A DNA stretch of 64,000 bases from Paraphysomonas bandaiensis (GCA_965644295.1 CBFFRP010000234.1:225745-289744), one strand, 5' to 3'. Shown: positions 14,201-27,891, numbered from the stretch's first letter. The notes: generated by a model not told the origin, from the sequence alone. Made by a program: numbers and translations.

Positions 14201-14995
14201 CCATGAGAGGGTAAGCGAGACGTCTGACAGAAGCTCGCCCCTGCCTAAAGAAAGAGTAGTTTCACATGAGATAATATGTAACAATACGCAGGGTACTTAG
14301 CAGAAAATATCGTAAGTGCATGCTAGTACTACGGTATCGAAATATTGTAGATGTGAAGCGGTAATATCCGTACCAGAAGGATGTGGTAAACCAAACGACT
14401 CGATATTAACACCAGTACAGGCTTTGCTACTACTTTTAGCACCACTTCTTGCTGCCCTGATGGCCGCCATACGTGCAGCAGCCATTTCCATGCGACGCTG
14501 CATATCTGCTTCCGCTTCAGCACGCAACTTTCTAGCTAACTGTTCGCTCTCGTGGGCTTTACGCTTCTTTTCTCGTCGGGTCTTCGGAATAGCCTTTGCG
14601 TCATACTCAGTGTTCGAAGAAACTTCATTCGGATTATCTGTATCGATAAACACAACTCCACCATATGTTTGTTTCTTCGTCTCCAATCCAGACCCCTCTA
14701 TTATACGCACAGGTGCAGATAAGAGCTCGGGCACCTCTGACTCCGTCTTGGACACAGATACACTTGACTTAAACCCGCTCCCTCCAAACGACACTGCTAA
14801 CTGACGACATAGAGAGGCCGCCTTCTCCTCATCTCCATACTCCGAATCGATGATGAATGGAGCGACAGCTTCTTCAATAACTTCAGCATTCTGCTTCTCG
14901 CTGAGGCTCATCTCGTCTAAAATCGATACGATGTAGCCGACTAAGTCCTCACTGAAACCGGGAAGCACGCTGTCCACCACGCTCTCTGTGGACAT
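11229..14995 (-). CDS. ABC-F family ATPase (GCN20/ABCF3-like), many exons
   Basis: Two nucleotide-binding domains and no TM domain: GLIGRNGA|[21 protein letters not shown]|PTNHLD; IIGKNGC|GKT, LSGGQR, IVVSHD; C-terminal [11 protein letters not shown]; stop at 11231-11229. Confidence 0.9.
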
Positions 14996-15119
14996 GTCTC
15001 ACGGGTTGATATCGACGATGGAGGGTCTATAGGACTGCTGTGGCTATCGATTCATCTTATCCGTTCCTGCAGAAGACACATATACACAACTGTATACATG
15101 TATACACACCTATGTGGCT

Positions 15120-15260
15120 GTATGTATGTATGTATGTATGTATGTATGTATGTATGTATGTATGTATGTATGTATGTATGTATGTATGTATGTATGTATG
15201 TATGTATGTATGTATGTATGTATGTATGTATGTATGTATGTATGTATGTATGTATGTATG

Positions 15261-15294
<34 letters not shown>

Positions 15295-15500
15295 TGTATG
15301 TATGTATGTATGTATGTATGTATGTATGTATGTATGTATGTATGTATGTATGTATGTATGTATGTATGAATGTATGTATTTATGTTTGTATGTATGAATT
15401 TTTGAATGTATGTACGTATGTCTGTTCGTATGTATGTATGTATGTATGTATGTATGTATGTATGTATGTATGTGTATGTAAGTTTGTATGTGTATGTATG

Positions 15501-15531
<31 letters not shown>

Positions 15532-15552
15532 GTATGTATGTATGTATGTATG

Positions 15553-15586
<34 letters not shown>

Positions 15587-16215
15587 TGTATGTATGTATG
15601 TATGTATGTATGTATGTATGTATGTATGTATGTATGTATGTATGTATGTATGTATGTATGTATGTATGTATGTATGTATGTATGTATGTATGTATGTATG
15701 TATGTATGTATGTATGTATGTATGTATGTATGTATGTATGTATGTATGTATGTATGTATGTATGTATGTATGTATGTATGTATGTATGTATGTATGTATG
15801 TATGTATGTATGTATGTATGTATGTATGTATGTATGTATGTATGTATGTATGTATGTATGTATGTATGTATGTATGTATGTATGTATGTATGTATGTATG
15901 TATGTATGTATGTATGTATGTATGTATGTATGTATGTATGTATGTATGTATGTATGTATGTATGTATGTATGTATGTATGTATGTATGTATGTATGTATG
16001 TATGTATGTATGTATGTATGTATGTATGTATGTATGTATGTATGTATGTATGTATGTATGTATGTATGTATGTATGTATGTATGTATGTATGTATGTATG
16101 TATGTATGTATGTATGTATGTATGTATGTATGTATGTATGTATGTATGTATGTATGTATGTATGTATGTATGTATGTATGTATGTGTATGTAAGTTTGTA
16201 TGTGTATGTATGTAT
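15120..16215. repeat. (TATG)n microsatellite, ~1.1 kb
   Basis: Nearly pure TATG array with a few interruptions, starting ~125 bp upstream of the ABC-F start. Confidence 0.98.
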
Positions 16216-16831
16216 ATAGGTAGGTAGGTTGGTAGTATGTACCCGTATACTGGTATATCAGTACCTTATAGTGAGTTAGTATGTCTATAAGCTGATAAGA
16301 TCCACGCACCTGACAATAGATCTGGTTCCAGAGTTCTCTTATACCTTCCAGCGACTGCATAGAGTGCTGTAGTCCTCTGATCATACTTGAGATAGATGTT
16401 CTAACCCATCTTTTCGGTGCATGTAATCATTTAGGGTCAATAATTTGGGAATACCGTAAGGAACGCATCTTGTGGGCGTGGTGTTACCATGCGTACAGTA
16501 AGCATATAAAGAAGCGTATGTTAAGGCAATATACCTACACTATTTGTACCTTTGTTTATTGCTGGATCTAAGTTACTGGATTCAAATGATATCCGCATTG
16601 TTAATGGGGTGATATAACACACTACATACTATACACTATACACTGCACATTATATTGCTGTCGAATATCATTTTGAATTAGAAGTATTGATCGCGACACT
16701 TGACTTCTGTAATGAATGTGGACTTTTTTCATTTAAATACTGCACAAAGCTTAATAAGCCAGGAATCAGTTCCTCTATATACCAAGAGCACATGTTGTTA
16801 TTCTATCTACTTGAGGTATCAAAAGCACAGT

Positions 16832-16940
16832 TGAGCCGTATTGAAATTTAATAGAATCGATAAAAAATTTAAATTGATAGGAATGTCTGCAAAATTTAGT
16901 AGAAACAAATGTCACTTTTTAGTTTAGTAGGGACAAATAT
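16832..16940. repeat. Degenerate copy of small AT-rich repeat family B
   Basis: tgagccgtattgaaatttaatagaatcga...ttagtagaaacaaat resembles 49670-49766. Confidence 0.6.
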
Positions 16941-17128
16941 ATTTCCGCCATTATAAATGGATAGCAAATATACTCGTTCTAATCCACACTTTTTGTCCTC
17001 TCTACCTTGTAATTTTGGGTCAGTTATGAATCCACTTACTTATTTCTACATAATTTGTAATCTGGTTAATGTAATCCACAAAGGCAACACTCAAATATTA
17101 TAACGGAATCGATTTAAAATATTGTCTA

Positions 17129-19493
17129 CTACCAAAATTTTTCAAATGCATTTGATTTCAAGTACAAAGCATGCACATTGACATGAGGTTCTGGTATGTA
17201 CATATAATTACTCCTGATTTTCACGTCAATAAGACTTTTAACAATATCAGATAAAACGTATTGACGTAAATTCAAGGAACCGCAAGAACATGACATATGT
17301 GAAATAAATTCATCCCAAGTATTTCCTTGAGCAGTACTTTCATTGCATGACTTGATCGAGGCGTCATTGCCTAAACAGCCAACGGATGACAGAAAACTCG
17401 CACAGTTATTTAGAAATAGACGACATAAATCCACAGATTTTGCCCTATAAGTACTCGATACATTGCTTACGCGAGTCTCATTCTCAAAATCTGTTATACT
17501 GGCCTGTGCTCTCGTAGATACAAAAGTATTAAAAATTACTTCTAACAATGCATTAGACATATCTACATTCCAGAAGCTAGTGTGGAGCCAATCTACACTC
17601 TGTCCCGAGTGAGAGTCGCCCACACACATACATATTCCTTTCCATGGTTCTAAAGCATTACTATCTTCACTCCTAGTTGAATCATGTCCTATCACTTTTC
17701 TAAGCCTCACTGGACAGTAAATGTGTGTCAATAACACTTTACAAAGGTTCACATAAACTGTTGAAAGGTCGATTTGAGTATCATCTGCATAGGGTATCAA
17801 ATCGTATCTCCTCTGAAGAAGCATTGAGGCAATCAAATACGGAATGCGGCTACTTGCAGGGGGCACGCCACTGCTACACACACAGATACTGCCGCCACTA
17901 AACGAATGAACATCAGTTAACCAAAGCACAATATATCGCACTGACCGGCAGTCTGGAATTGTCTGCAGTCTCTTTGGACACTCAACACGCGACATATATA
18001 CTAAGCAGAGTTTTCGTGCCGTGATACAGTAGTCTATAGTTTCAGTTGGGTTGACTGCTGTTAGTGATAGGGCTTCACGGGGCCACAAAGACACCAGAGA
18101 TGTCTCAACACTGCCCTGTAGCTGCGAGTCTACGAGTGCAGAATCTATAGTATTGTTGAATTGAAAATTGACGAATGATTCATCGCCAACTTGGAAAGAA
18201 CTTGTAAACTCAGAGTACAAGCATGATCGTGCAAAGTCGAAGCGATCAATCGAATTCAACAAAACTGGACTATAGTTTGAATCTCTCCGAGTCGATGTCG
18301 GAATCGACAGATATGCGAGAAGGTTGAAGACCACCATAACACCTGCTTGTGCAGCTGTATGCGTGACAATACCATAGAAGTAAGCGTCCCCTGGTACCAT
18401 GGCATTGATCTCGCTTACCATTGTGCTGACAGTAGTGAAACAACCACAGAAACCATATAGTAGCCCAAACAAGATAGATTGTGCATGCAAAGCATTATAT
18501 CCGACGTACAGCTTTGATGCGCAAAGGATCGAGGCTGCAAGCCAAGTTCCAGTGACGTTTACAATGAATGTTCCAACAGGAAAAGGGGCCCATCGTCTAT
18601 TTATTGGGGATAGAATGTACCTCGCCAGTGCTCCAACAACCCCAAACACTATAAATTGAGGCATATCACGAAAACAATTATACCTAAATTATACATTCCT
18701 ACTACCTGCTGTGTAGCGAAGGTGCAATCCCAAAGGGCATATGTATGAGGGAATTACCACCACAATGCATAACATCAGTGCTATTGCAATGATAATTATG
18801 CTTTCCACGACATGAGACACAAAATATGTCCCCTTTTGTGAATTGGTCGTTTCCGATATACCGCTATACAAGTGCGCTGATGCAGTAGAGAGAGAGAGAT
18901 GCCCATCAGATAGTTGCCCAGCCGCAGTGCTGCCAGAGGGAGGACAATTCCAACCCACATACTGGTCAGCCACTCAAGCAATCGACCAGTGTCCACATAT
19001 TCCACTCCACTGATACTGTCGGCTCTCCACATAAGGAAAAAATTCTTATTGCACTCCATTTGCCAACTTGAAAAAGAAGTGATAGACCCACAGAGACCGG
19101 ACGATATAGCACAAGTTGCTCGCTGCTCGATCGTGTTTGAACTTACTCTTCTAGACTTTAGATAAGCCTCAGTCATACCCATAATTACGCATCCAATCAG
19201 TTGACTGTACATTATACACTACAGCGAATACATAATTAAGGCATATGAGTACCACAGTATCCACCCACATAGTTTGTTTCTATGTCCCATATTTTGTAGT
19301 GAGACACAGCCATACGAATAGACATGCCTGCAATAGAACATATCGCAAGGCTACAGCACAATGTGACTGTCCCCCACACGCCTCCTTCACGCGTACGATT
19401 CGATTCTGGAAGCAATTCCTCATCATCACCACACGTAGCACTCAGCTTTCCACCTATCTCACTGTCTCTGTCCCCCTCTATGTCCATCTTCAT
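17129..19493 (-). CDS. FEX: FEX-type fluoride exporter (two CrcB/Fluc domains) with a ~390-aa Cys-rich C-terminal extension; one frame break near 18890
   Basis: Fluc motifs IAGMSIR, GLCGSITSFSSW, GALARY, FPVGTFIVN, GFCGCFTTVSTM; the ORF runs on without a stop to 17129. Confidence 0.8.
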
Positions 19494-20231
19494 TTCTCGT
19501 GTTCCACTGCTCTGTATATGATGCATAGTACACCATACACTCTGCACGAGGTCAAGTGTCATGACCCGTGAGGTCAGATGCTGATAGCGATAACTTTCTC
19601 ATCATATTCTCGTTAGTTTCTTGTTCTTTTGGCATCGAGATATTCAGAGTATCTATCGCTACAGTGCATACATCTCTCTCTCTCTCTCTCGCTCTCGCTC
19701 TCTCTCAAGACTATTCGTGTCAGCATAGCTCAGCATGGTATTGTGGGGTGGTATGGTGGACCTGCAGCATCTACTATAGAATCCAACCCGCCAATCATAT
19801 CTCTTCATTTCATATTCTCGATATATGTGTGGAGGTAAGTATACGGCTGTAGTGCCTCTGATTGGTTGGAACTCATCTGAGTGTGGGTCGCATGCATCAA
19901 CAGCAGAGCAGTGCAGTGAGTGCACTGGATGTCCACCATATGAAGCAACTGCTCCGTCCAGCTGCATGTCACTGCCTCTGATCTCCTCCCTTATCACACA
20001 TCATCATTAGCACGGCAATCACACTGTCACAGTGATAGTCTATTCCTTTATATTCACATGAGTTGATGTACACTTGCGCAGGTATACGTGTGTGTATGTA
20101 TATGTGGAGGCGTGTATTGCCATATGTACCGCTCGCTGTCACATATGGCACCTCCTCCTCCTCACCCTTTCAAGCACAGTGTTCACTTGTGACGGCAGTC
20201 TATTCGAATACACTGTTAACAGTGAAGAGAT

Positions 20232-21119
20232 ATGAATAGTTTGATGGTCCTCGTCACAGCTGCTGTGTGTATGAGATCTGTGAACGGGGCGTCAGCGGCA
20301 TCAGCGAGAAATGTTTACGTAGATGCTTATGGAACATCGAATCAAATAAAATCACAACTCAAGTCTAACGAGAATACTGATAGCCAAGTATTGGGAGATG
20401 GTGTATGGGAATGTGATTGTGAACAAATTTATTTTCCAACCCCCCAACCAACCCTGAAGCCTACCTTATTTCCCACACATCAACCGACAGTTGCCCCGAC
20501 ACTGTTTCCAACATTCAAGCCGACAACAGCACCTACTCGTCATCCAACATTTGAACCCACTATTCGGCCAGTGTTACCGAAATCTCCAACCGTATCACCT
20601 AGCATTCGACAACTTAATCAACCTTCTAAAAGCCCTACCCACAAGCCAAGTTTAAGTCCAGCAACATTAAACCCTACTTTGACTCCTACATGCTTTCCAA
20701 CTACATTCCCTACATGTATTCCAACAACTGTACCGACTAGATGCCCAACGTTTCCACTATCATTATCCCCAACGTACTCGCCTTCTTATTCACCCAGTGT
20801 ATTTCCAACATATTCTCCCAGTTCATGTCCAACTGTCTCACCGACTTTATCTCCGACGTGTTTGCCTACACGTATTCCAACAACATTTCCGACGGCTCCC
20901 ACCCCTGTTCCTATTGACAACTCTCCCTCGTATAGCCCCACTTCACCTCCCACTCGCCACCCTACGTTTTACCCTACAATCACCCCAACAAAACACCCAA
21001 CCTTCACCCCAACTCTGAGTCCAACTGTGGTGGCTATGGTGCCAGTTCGTCGAAGGGATTTTCCTGAAGAAATATCTTCTGATCACAAGAATTCTGGGTT
21101 CAGACGTCCACTGCCGTGA
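20232..21119 (+). CDS. Secreted Pro/Thr-rich (PTxxPT repeat) mucin-like protein
   Basis: Signal-peptide-like N-terminus, WECDC motif, then a long PT/PS repeat tract; single ORF. Confidence 0.8.
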   Translation: MNSLMVLVTAAVCMRSVNGASAASARNVYVDAYGTSNQIKSQLKSNENTDSQVLGDGVWECDCEQIYFPTPQPTLKPTLFPTHQPTVAPTLFPTFKPTTAPTRHPTFEPTIRPVLPKSPTVSPSIRQLNQPSKSPTHKPSLSPATLNPTLTPTCFPTTFPTCIPTTVPTRCPTFPLSLSPTYSPSYSPSVFPTYSPSSCPTVSPTLSPTCLPTRIPTTFPTAPTPVPIDNSPSYSPTSPPTRHPTFYPTITPTKHPTFTPTLSPTVVAMVPVRRRDFPEEISSDHKNSGFRRPLP

Positions 21120-21871
21120 ACACAAGATTATTTACAACTATTTTTGTATACGTTTAATTTGTCTCATTTTCTTTCCAGCTACACAAATTGCTTTCGTTAT
21201 GTTCAGAAAGATGACTGTGTTGTGTGCTCTTATATTGTAATTTTTGAAATTAGAACCGAAAGTAAAAATATTTGTGAGAGGTTGTTAAACAGAGCTAATA
21301 TTATTATTACTGAGTTTTGCAAACGCGAATGGCATATCTAGACACCTTATAGTATTGATTATTGATGCTTCTGCGTGCGAATCGACATCATTCTAATTGT
21401 AGTTCTAAATGCCAGCAAGAATAAAATTGAAGGCTTTTAATTGGCAATAATAGCCAATTAATTGCAATGCCAATAACTGGACGCTTAAGTAATAATCGCA
21501 ATTATTATTGTTGGGTACCTCTCATATATCACAATTACGCAAGCCTGATTCCAAGCACGTAGTTGACATTGCAGCGAATATATTTATAAAAATAACCAAC
21601 AAATTATATATCGATAGAAAGCATACAAGAAATATATATGTGCTGCCTGTACCATCCTTTATATCTTGTAAATGTATTGCATCACGTTAGAAAATTATCC
21701 CCATCATCACGTATCACTATATTCCGATCTCTTGCTGATAGAACAATGTGATTAGTGGTAATTTCCTGAATACTAGTGCATAAAATATCTGACCTGCTTG
21801 CATAGCATAGTCGACAACAGCGCTTAAACTTCGCTTTCTATTCGCACGTACTGCCACATTATAATCTATAT

Positions 21872-24800
21872 TCATATACTAAGTGCACGATTGCAAAAGT
21901 TAAAGCGCAGACCGTTTTGACTATCACAAATAAAGCCGCCTTCATTGAGGTCTTGCGATCCCATACCCTTCTCACCAGAACCAGATGTAGAAAATCCAGA
22001 ACTGTCTTCCGTATACTCATTATTCGATATACATGAACATGACATACATCGCATCAGTTCGTAAAGAAGAAGAGCCCCTCCCCTTTTGTTGAAATTGCCG
22101 TTATATGCTCCACATCTGCGATACAATAAGAACCGAAATCTCCATTGACTGACTCACCTGTGGCTATATATACAAGAGGGACAACCATTCTCGCACTTAC
22201 ACGAGGAGATGATGTCAACTGCCCGCGATAGTAATGACGACCTTATCACACACCACATTTTCATCTAAGAATGAATATGTTCGAAATAATTCAAAAATAC
22301 CTATCTCGATGAATGTTCGAATATAATATTTCACAAGCGCCGACACCCCCGGGTTTGCGATCGTAAAGTAAAATTCTATGGGAAAACACTCAACAATCCG
22401 AAGTCTTGCGAACCACACATACCTAGTAACTCTACCACCCTCTTCACCTTCATCAAAGTGTTCAGTATCGAGGTCTGAACCGTCACACTCCACAAATATA
22501 GAGGCCGCTGCAAGAAGTGCATGATTCGCTGCATGTATACAGCCCACCATACTCGCAACCCCATTAGAATACAGATATTTCTACAGAAAGGCGATAAGAA
22601 GACTGCTAACAAGATTTCGCATTAAAGTATACCTGTAAAACCGCCGGTATGTTTATGTACACACCGCATGTGTCATACTCCATTTCTGGAAGAGTACAGT
22701 TTCCCCCCCATTCTGAGTACCCATTTTTCAACCATACCTTGACAAGGATGAAGTCTTAGCTATATAAACACAATTGCATCTTTATTTTGAAAATTCATAC
22801 CTTTCTATACCCCCACACAGTATTTCGTACACTCATTGAGCCAAATCCAACCAAGATATTGCCTTGCAATTGTCGAGTGGTCTCGATAGAAGTGCGGTTG
22901 CTGGCATCGGTGAAGTAACCTACTCTTACTTGCTTGCAGAAAGCACAGAGAGATTTTATGTTTAATTCAATTACCAGAAACTGCCTTCCTTGGTGCATAT
23001 ATATGGCCCCCTCAAATAGCTCATAAAATGCTCTCGAGTATTCCACTATACCAAGAATAACTGGTTCAGAACCAGTCTTATCAATAACCTAGTCACAAAT
23101 TTACGAAGGGATGACCCAATTATAGACTACAACATAGAATATAGCAAATACCTGGAAGGATGTCGGATCAATCATACGGAGATTTACTCGCTTGATTAAT
23201 TCTGAAGCGCAAGATGAGTGAACATGAAACTCGTCACTTTTTTGAACAAGCCGTTTGTCTTTCAAGAGCCGATCGACTGTATCAACATACCCGGAACCCC
23301 ATACGCTTTCTTCATTTAGTACGTTGTTCTCACTGATTTTGCCACATGCACCTAAGGGTACCTCTTTGGATGCACACAATATATGACTGTGCAGTACGTA
23401 ACGATTGTTCGGATCAAGAGCCAAGCGCTCCGTGCTGCGTGAAAACAAAGCCTCTGGGTGGCGGGTATAGTACTGGTCAACCGGGCTGTCGAAGCATACA
23501 AGTATAGACGTCGCCACCTGAGAAGAAAATGTCTTTGACCGCCCACACCTCCCAGCTTGCTGCATCATCGCATTGTGCGTATCAGGCACTCCTAAATGAA
23601 GAGTTACATCCAGGTTTCCAATATCTATTCCTAGTTCCAGCGCACATGTAGTTGTGATACCTAACATGTTGCCATTGAAAAGAGCTCTTTCTATCAAATT
23701 TCGTTCCTCCTTTGTGTATCCTCCACGATAGGCCGCTATGCGCCCCCTCAATTCTGGCGCAGTTTGGTTAATTTCCTCCATGCTATATCTTAGGATTATC
23801 TCCACTAACTTCCTGGATTTGCAGAAAGCAAGTGTACGATGACTACGCTTTACCATGGTTGTAAACAGACGAGACATTTCAATTAAACTGCTCGCTCTCT
23901 TTGGAGATAAATTTCTTTCGGTGTGCTTCACATTTTCATCTGTATTTGCCCGGTCGTAATCAGCAAGGACCGAACTATTACCAGTACAGCTTTCATTACA
24001 CACATTGTAAGCACACCTTCAAACCATATGAGACACAAAACTTCAACATAATGTGACCAAATACCTCCATTTCTGGGGCTGGTGTTTCCTTTCGGTTCTA
24101 GAATGCCTACCACCGATAGTGGCCGTCTTGTCTTCACAGCTCTGTAAAAACTTGCTGACAGGTGTAAGTGGGACGGCGGTATTCGTGGGTTCCTTCGTTG
24201 GACTACTAGGAGAGGCAGATCGCAAATTGCTGTCCTCACTTGCACCACTGGACCTCGATGTCATGTTTAAGTCACATAGCACGCACCCTTGACATACTCG
24301 CTTCAGTGAATTATAGAAGTCTCTCGTGTCATCGTCCTCTACAGTTGTGTGCGTATCGTTGATATCATGAGAGATATTCGGAGGGTTCCACAGTGCGAAA
24401 TACCTACACATATGTATCACAGGCATACATATCGTATCTAGCGCTACGCAAGCTCGTGTCTATTCGGACAACATAAGCAAATAAATTTCGAATTACCTAG
24501 GTGTACTTGGTGATCCATCAGCTTCCTGAGTAATACATAACAGTGTACCATCGTCATAAACTCCGTCGACAGAGTCACTCGATGGAAAAATACCCGTAGT
24601 TACGCAAGGATTGCCTACTTGAAGTGGCACTAAATTGTAAATATGCTCCACAGGGCGTGATATAGTTGCAGATAGACATATGAATTGCGGACAAGCTCCG
24701 GAGTAGTGATGACACACCCTTACAAGCCGGCGCATCACATTAGCGACATGAGACCCAAACACCCCCCGATATACATGAGCTTCATCAATCACAACATACC

Positions 24801-26172
24801 GCAGAGATGAAAAAAACCGTCGCCACTGGTTGTGATTAGGAAGAATAGTACAATGCAACATGTCAGGGTTAGACAGGACAATGTTACTGCACTCAAGCGC
24901 AGTTCTCCTATCCGTGTAATTTGTGTCGCCATCTACAGCACTTACATGCACCAACACTGATGATCCATTCTCTCGCACACCGTGACACAACCGCAGAATG
25001 CTTTGCAGTTGATCCTGGGCCAATGCCTGTATCCATCAGTAAAGGAAACTGCATACAACCAGCTTCCATGATAGACATACCTTGGTGGGGAAAATGTAAA
25101 GAGCAGTGGAGTCTGGTCGCAGTAATATGGATTCGATCACGGGTATGTTGTATATAATGGATTTTCCTGTACATGTAATTCTCTTAATCATTGTAATACT
25201 AGGGTTGCAGCAACATACCGCTTGCAGTCGACGTAGCCACACACACGTGTCTTCTTCGTTCTCCAGCAATAGCACGTAGTGCATCCACAGCCATGGCTTG
25301 GTGAGAGTACAGATCATTCACACCTTCCCCATTACATAAAGCTGTAAAAAGCGGGAGGGGAAGTGGTGGTCCTGATAAGGACCGGAATACGGCACGCCGA
25401 CCTGGCAGTGAATGTACGTGTACTATCTGATTTTGGTAATATGGCATCGTGCGGAGATGCTGAAGTACCTCACATTCTAAACTTTCTTCTAATTCATAAA
25501 TGGTTAATTAAATATAGATGGATTGCAATGGAATTTCCTACCTGAATTTATGCTATTCAACTGGTCCTCACTCTTCGTTTCACTCGAACAGGAAATTGAG
25601 TCAGTATTAGGGCCACAGTTACCTACACGGGGAAGAGGGTAGGTAACACGGGGAAGAGGGGCTGGCGAAGGAAGTGGAATTGTGTCTAGACAATAGTCAG
25701 GGTGCCAACCCTTGTTGTAATTCCACATTCTTTTATTGCTATTTCGAGAACGCTTCTTGACCTGAGAAGTTGAGGTGTCAGGTAGAGACTTCAAGAATAT
25801 CTCATGCTGTGTTTGGCACCAATTTAGCATTCCCTCTTTCATCAGTTTTCGTCGCTGAGAAACATGAGTCTTAGACACCCCACCGTGTGTAGGAAATACA
25901 ATTTCAGTGTCCATTATATCACTTCCTTCCACTGCCTCCTTGAGACTAATAGTAGCGGGAGAAATTGCACAAAGTACTTGTAATGCATTTTCATCATAGC
26001 CTTTAATTGGAGTAGTTTGATCTGACGGCCCTGCGCTGTGACCAAGAATAGATTCAAACTTCTTAAGAGTCGGAGCAATTTTATTCCGAGTGAGAAAACA
26101 ATAAACGCTATCGATGAGATCGAAGTAACACAGCAGGACAGAAAACCGCACAGGAAGATCACACTTCTCCAT
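21872..26172 (-). CDS. HRQ1: HRQ1-type RecQ4-family helicase with C-terminal Zn-binding (DUF1998) domain, multi-exon; 3' end uncertain (may extend to ~21690)
   Basis: ATSTAS|GKS, FPTK|ALAQDQ, SNPDMLH, VVIDEAH, SAT, AYRGGY, TCALELGIDIG, QQAGRCGR, YELFEGAIYMHQG, CKCENGCPSC. Confidence 0.9.
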
Positions 26173-26772
26173 CTATATCAGTTCAGATCAGATGACTGAA
26201 CGGACTCATCTGATGGCGCCTAGCCCTATGGATCTCTCGCATATAAAACTATACACATCCACACTAAGAGTGCCAGTGTACATCCCATTCAGAGACCTAC
26301 ACAGTTCGTTTCAAGGATCAGTGCCTCTGTGTTGCCTCTCTCCCTTCTATTCCGAGCAGATGATGTCATGTCGATGGTACAGTATGCCTGTGCTGTGCTG
26401 TGCTCTGGATGGACACTGAAAAAAATAAGAATTGGGAAGAAACGCCTACCCGGCTTCCTGTTGTACACAAATATGTCCAGCAGTACATATGTACCTAAGT
26501 ACTGTACACTTGTACACATACATCAGTTGGAAGATGGTTGTCCATCACCAGCACCAGTCCAACACTCTACGGTGGTTTCACACCTGGAGGTGGTGTGTTG
26601 GGCCGCTATAGCATACACCTCCAGTGTGTTGGAGCCTATAGCTTCTAGCTTCTAGCGTATATACGAGCAGTGTGGTCTGCTATTAACAGTAACTCCCACT
26701 ATAATCTTATCCCAGACTCATCCCAACTTAATAGAGCATCAACGAAGGGTCTCACACCCAAGTATATAAACC

Positions 26773-27891
26773 ATGAATACATTAACAGCGATTGAAGCTG
26801 AGAGAGTGGTTCAAATATTGCGACTCGCATCAGATCGTATCCATATATTGTCCTACCTCCCCACCGCATGGGACGATGCTATTTACTCTGAAACTGATAA
26901 TCCTGCCGTTAGAACTGCGCTGGAAAAACAATGGAAAGCAGAGGAGGCATTAAGAAGATCGGCAGATATTGCCAGCTCAGAGATGGGCGGGAAGGACATC
27001 GCTCTGTTAAAGCGGGTTCATAAATGTACCAGAAACACATGTCGAAACTTGATGGAGGAGAGACAGGCACTGCAGTCAATTATGGATCGCCCTGAATCTA
27101 GTAGAGATTCTATGGCGAATTTTATTCGGTATTTGAATGAGTTAAAAACGCATGTTCAGCAGAAGCTGACCACCACAGTTGAGGACGAAGCGGCGAACCG
27201 CACACAGCTTCATGACCTCGGTGAAAAGGAGAGACAAACAGAGGAGAGCAGAGATGCACTTCAGGCGAAGTTAAATGAAGTTAGGGAAGAGAAGGAAAAG
27301 GTAACTTTTGGATTAGACCAAGCACTTCGCAAACTGCAGTTTGAGTTACACGATTTGACTCATTTGAACAAAGTGGAGACAGAGGCTGTCAATCGCGAGA
27401 TGGCAGAAGCGATTAGTAAGGCTACAGCGGATCATGAACTACGCATGAAGCAGTTGACAGACCAGGTTGAGGGACTAGAGAGACAACTAGCAGAGGTAAT
27501 GGACCGCAATAAGGAGGAAGAGCAGCGGCTTCGAAAAGATAAAAGTCGTGCCGAGGTGGCACTCTCTTCTCGCATCACACAATACGACGAAGACATGCTC
27601 AGCCGACAGGAGACAATATCAAGTCTAGAGGCGGACCTGGAAGGAGAGGAGAAGGAGTATGCTGTACTCAAAGAGTATTTTGACAAAGTTGATGCAGATT
27701 TGAACAGACAGAGTGAAGAAGAGGAAATTATTGATGCAGTGGTTCGACGACAAGACTTTGCAATGGGTATAATGATTAGGGCTGCTGTTCGGATTCAATC
27801 GTGTATCCGTGCTAGGCTCGCTAGGGTGGAAGTGGAGAAGGTACGCGCGAAATCTAAAAAAGGTAAAAAGGGCAAAAAAGGGAAGAAATAG
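26773..27891 (+). CDS. DRC10: Dynein regulatory complex subunit 10 (IQCD)
   Basis: N-terminal IEAERVVQIL...LSYL, long coiled coil, LTTTVEDE, C-terminal IQ (IQSCIRARLAR) and a KKGKKGKK tail. Confidence 0.85.
   Translation: MNTLTAIEAERVVQILRLASDRIHILSYLPTAWDDAIYSETDNPAVRTALEKQWKAEEALRRSADIASSEMGGKDIALLKRVHKCTRNTCRNLMEERQALQSIMDRPESSRDSMANFIRYLNELKTHVQQKLTTTVEDEAANRTQLHDLGEKERQTEESRDALQAKLNEVREEKEKVTFGLDQALRKLQFELHDLTHLNKVETEAVNREMAEAISKATADHELRMKQLTDQVEGLERQLAEVMDRNKEEEQRLRKDKSRAEVALSSRITQYDEDMLSRQETISSLEADLEGEEKEYAVLKEYFDKVDADLNRQSEEEEIIDAVVRRQDFAMGIMIRAAVRIQSCIRARLARVEVEKVRAKSKKGKKGKKGKK

Noticed and set aside
15040-16384. Long MYVC/YIHT-repeat ORFs
   Set aside because: Translations of the stop-free (TATG)n microsatellite
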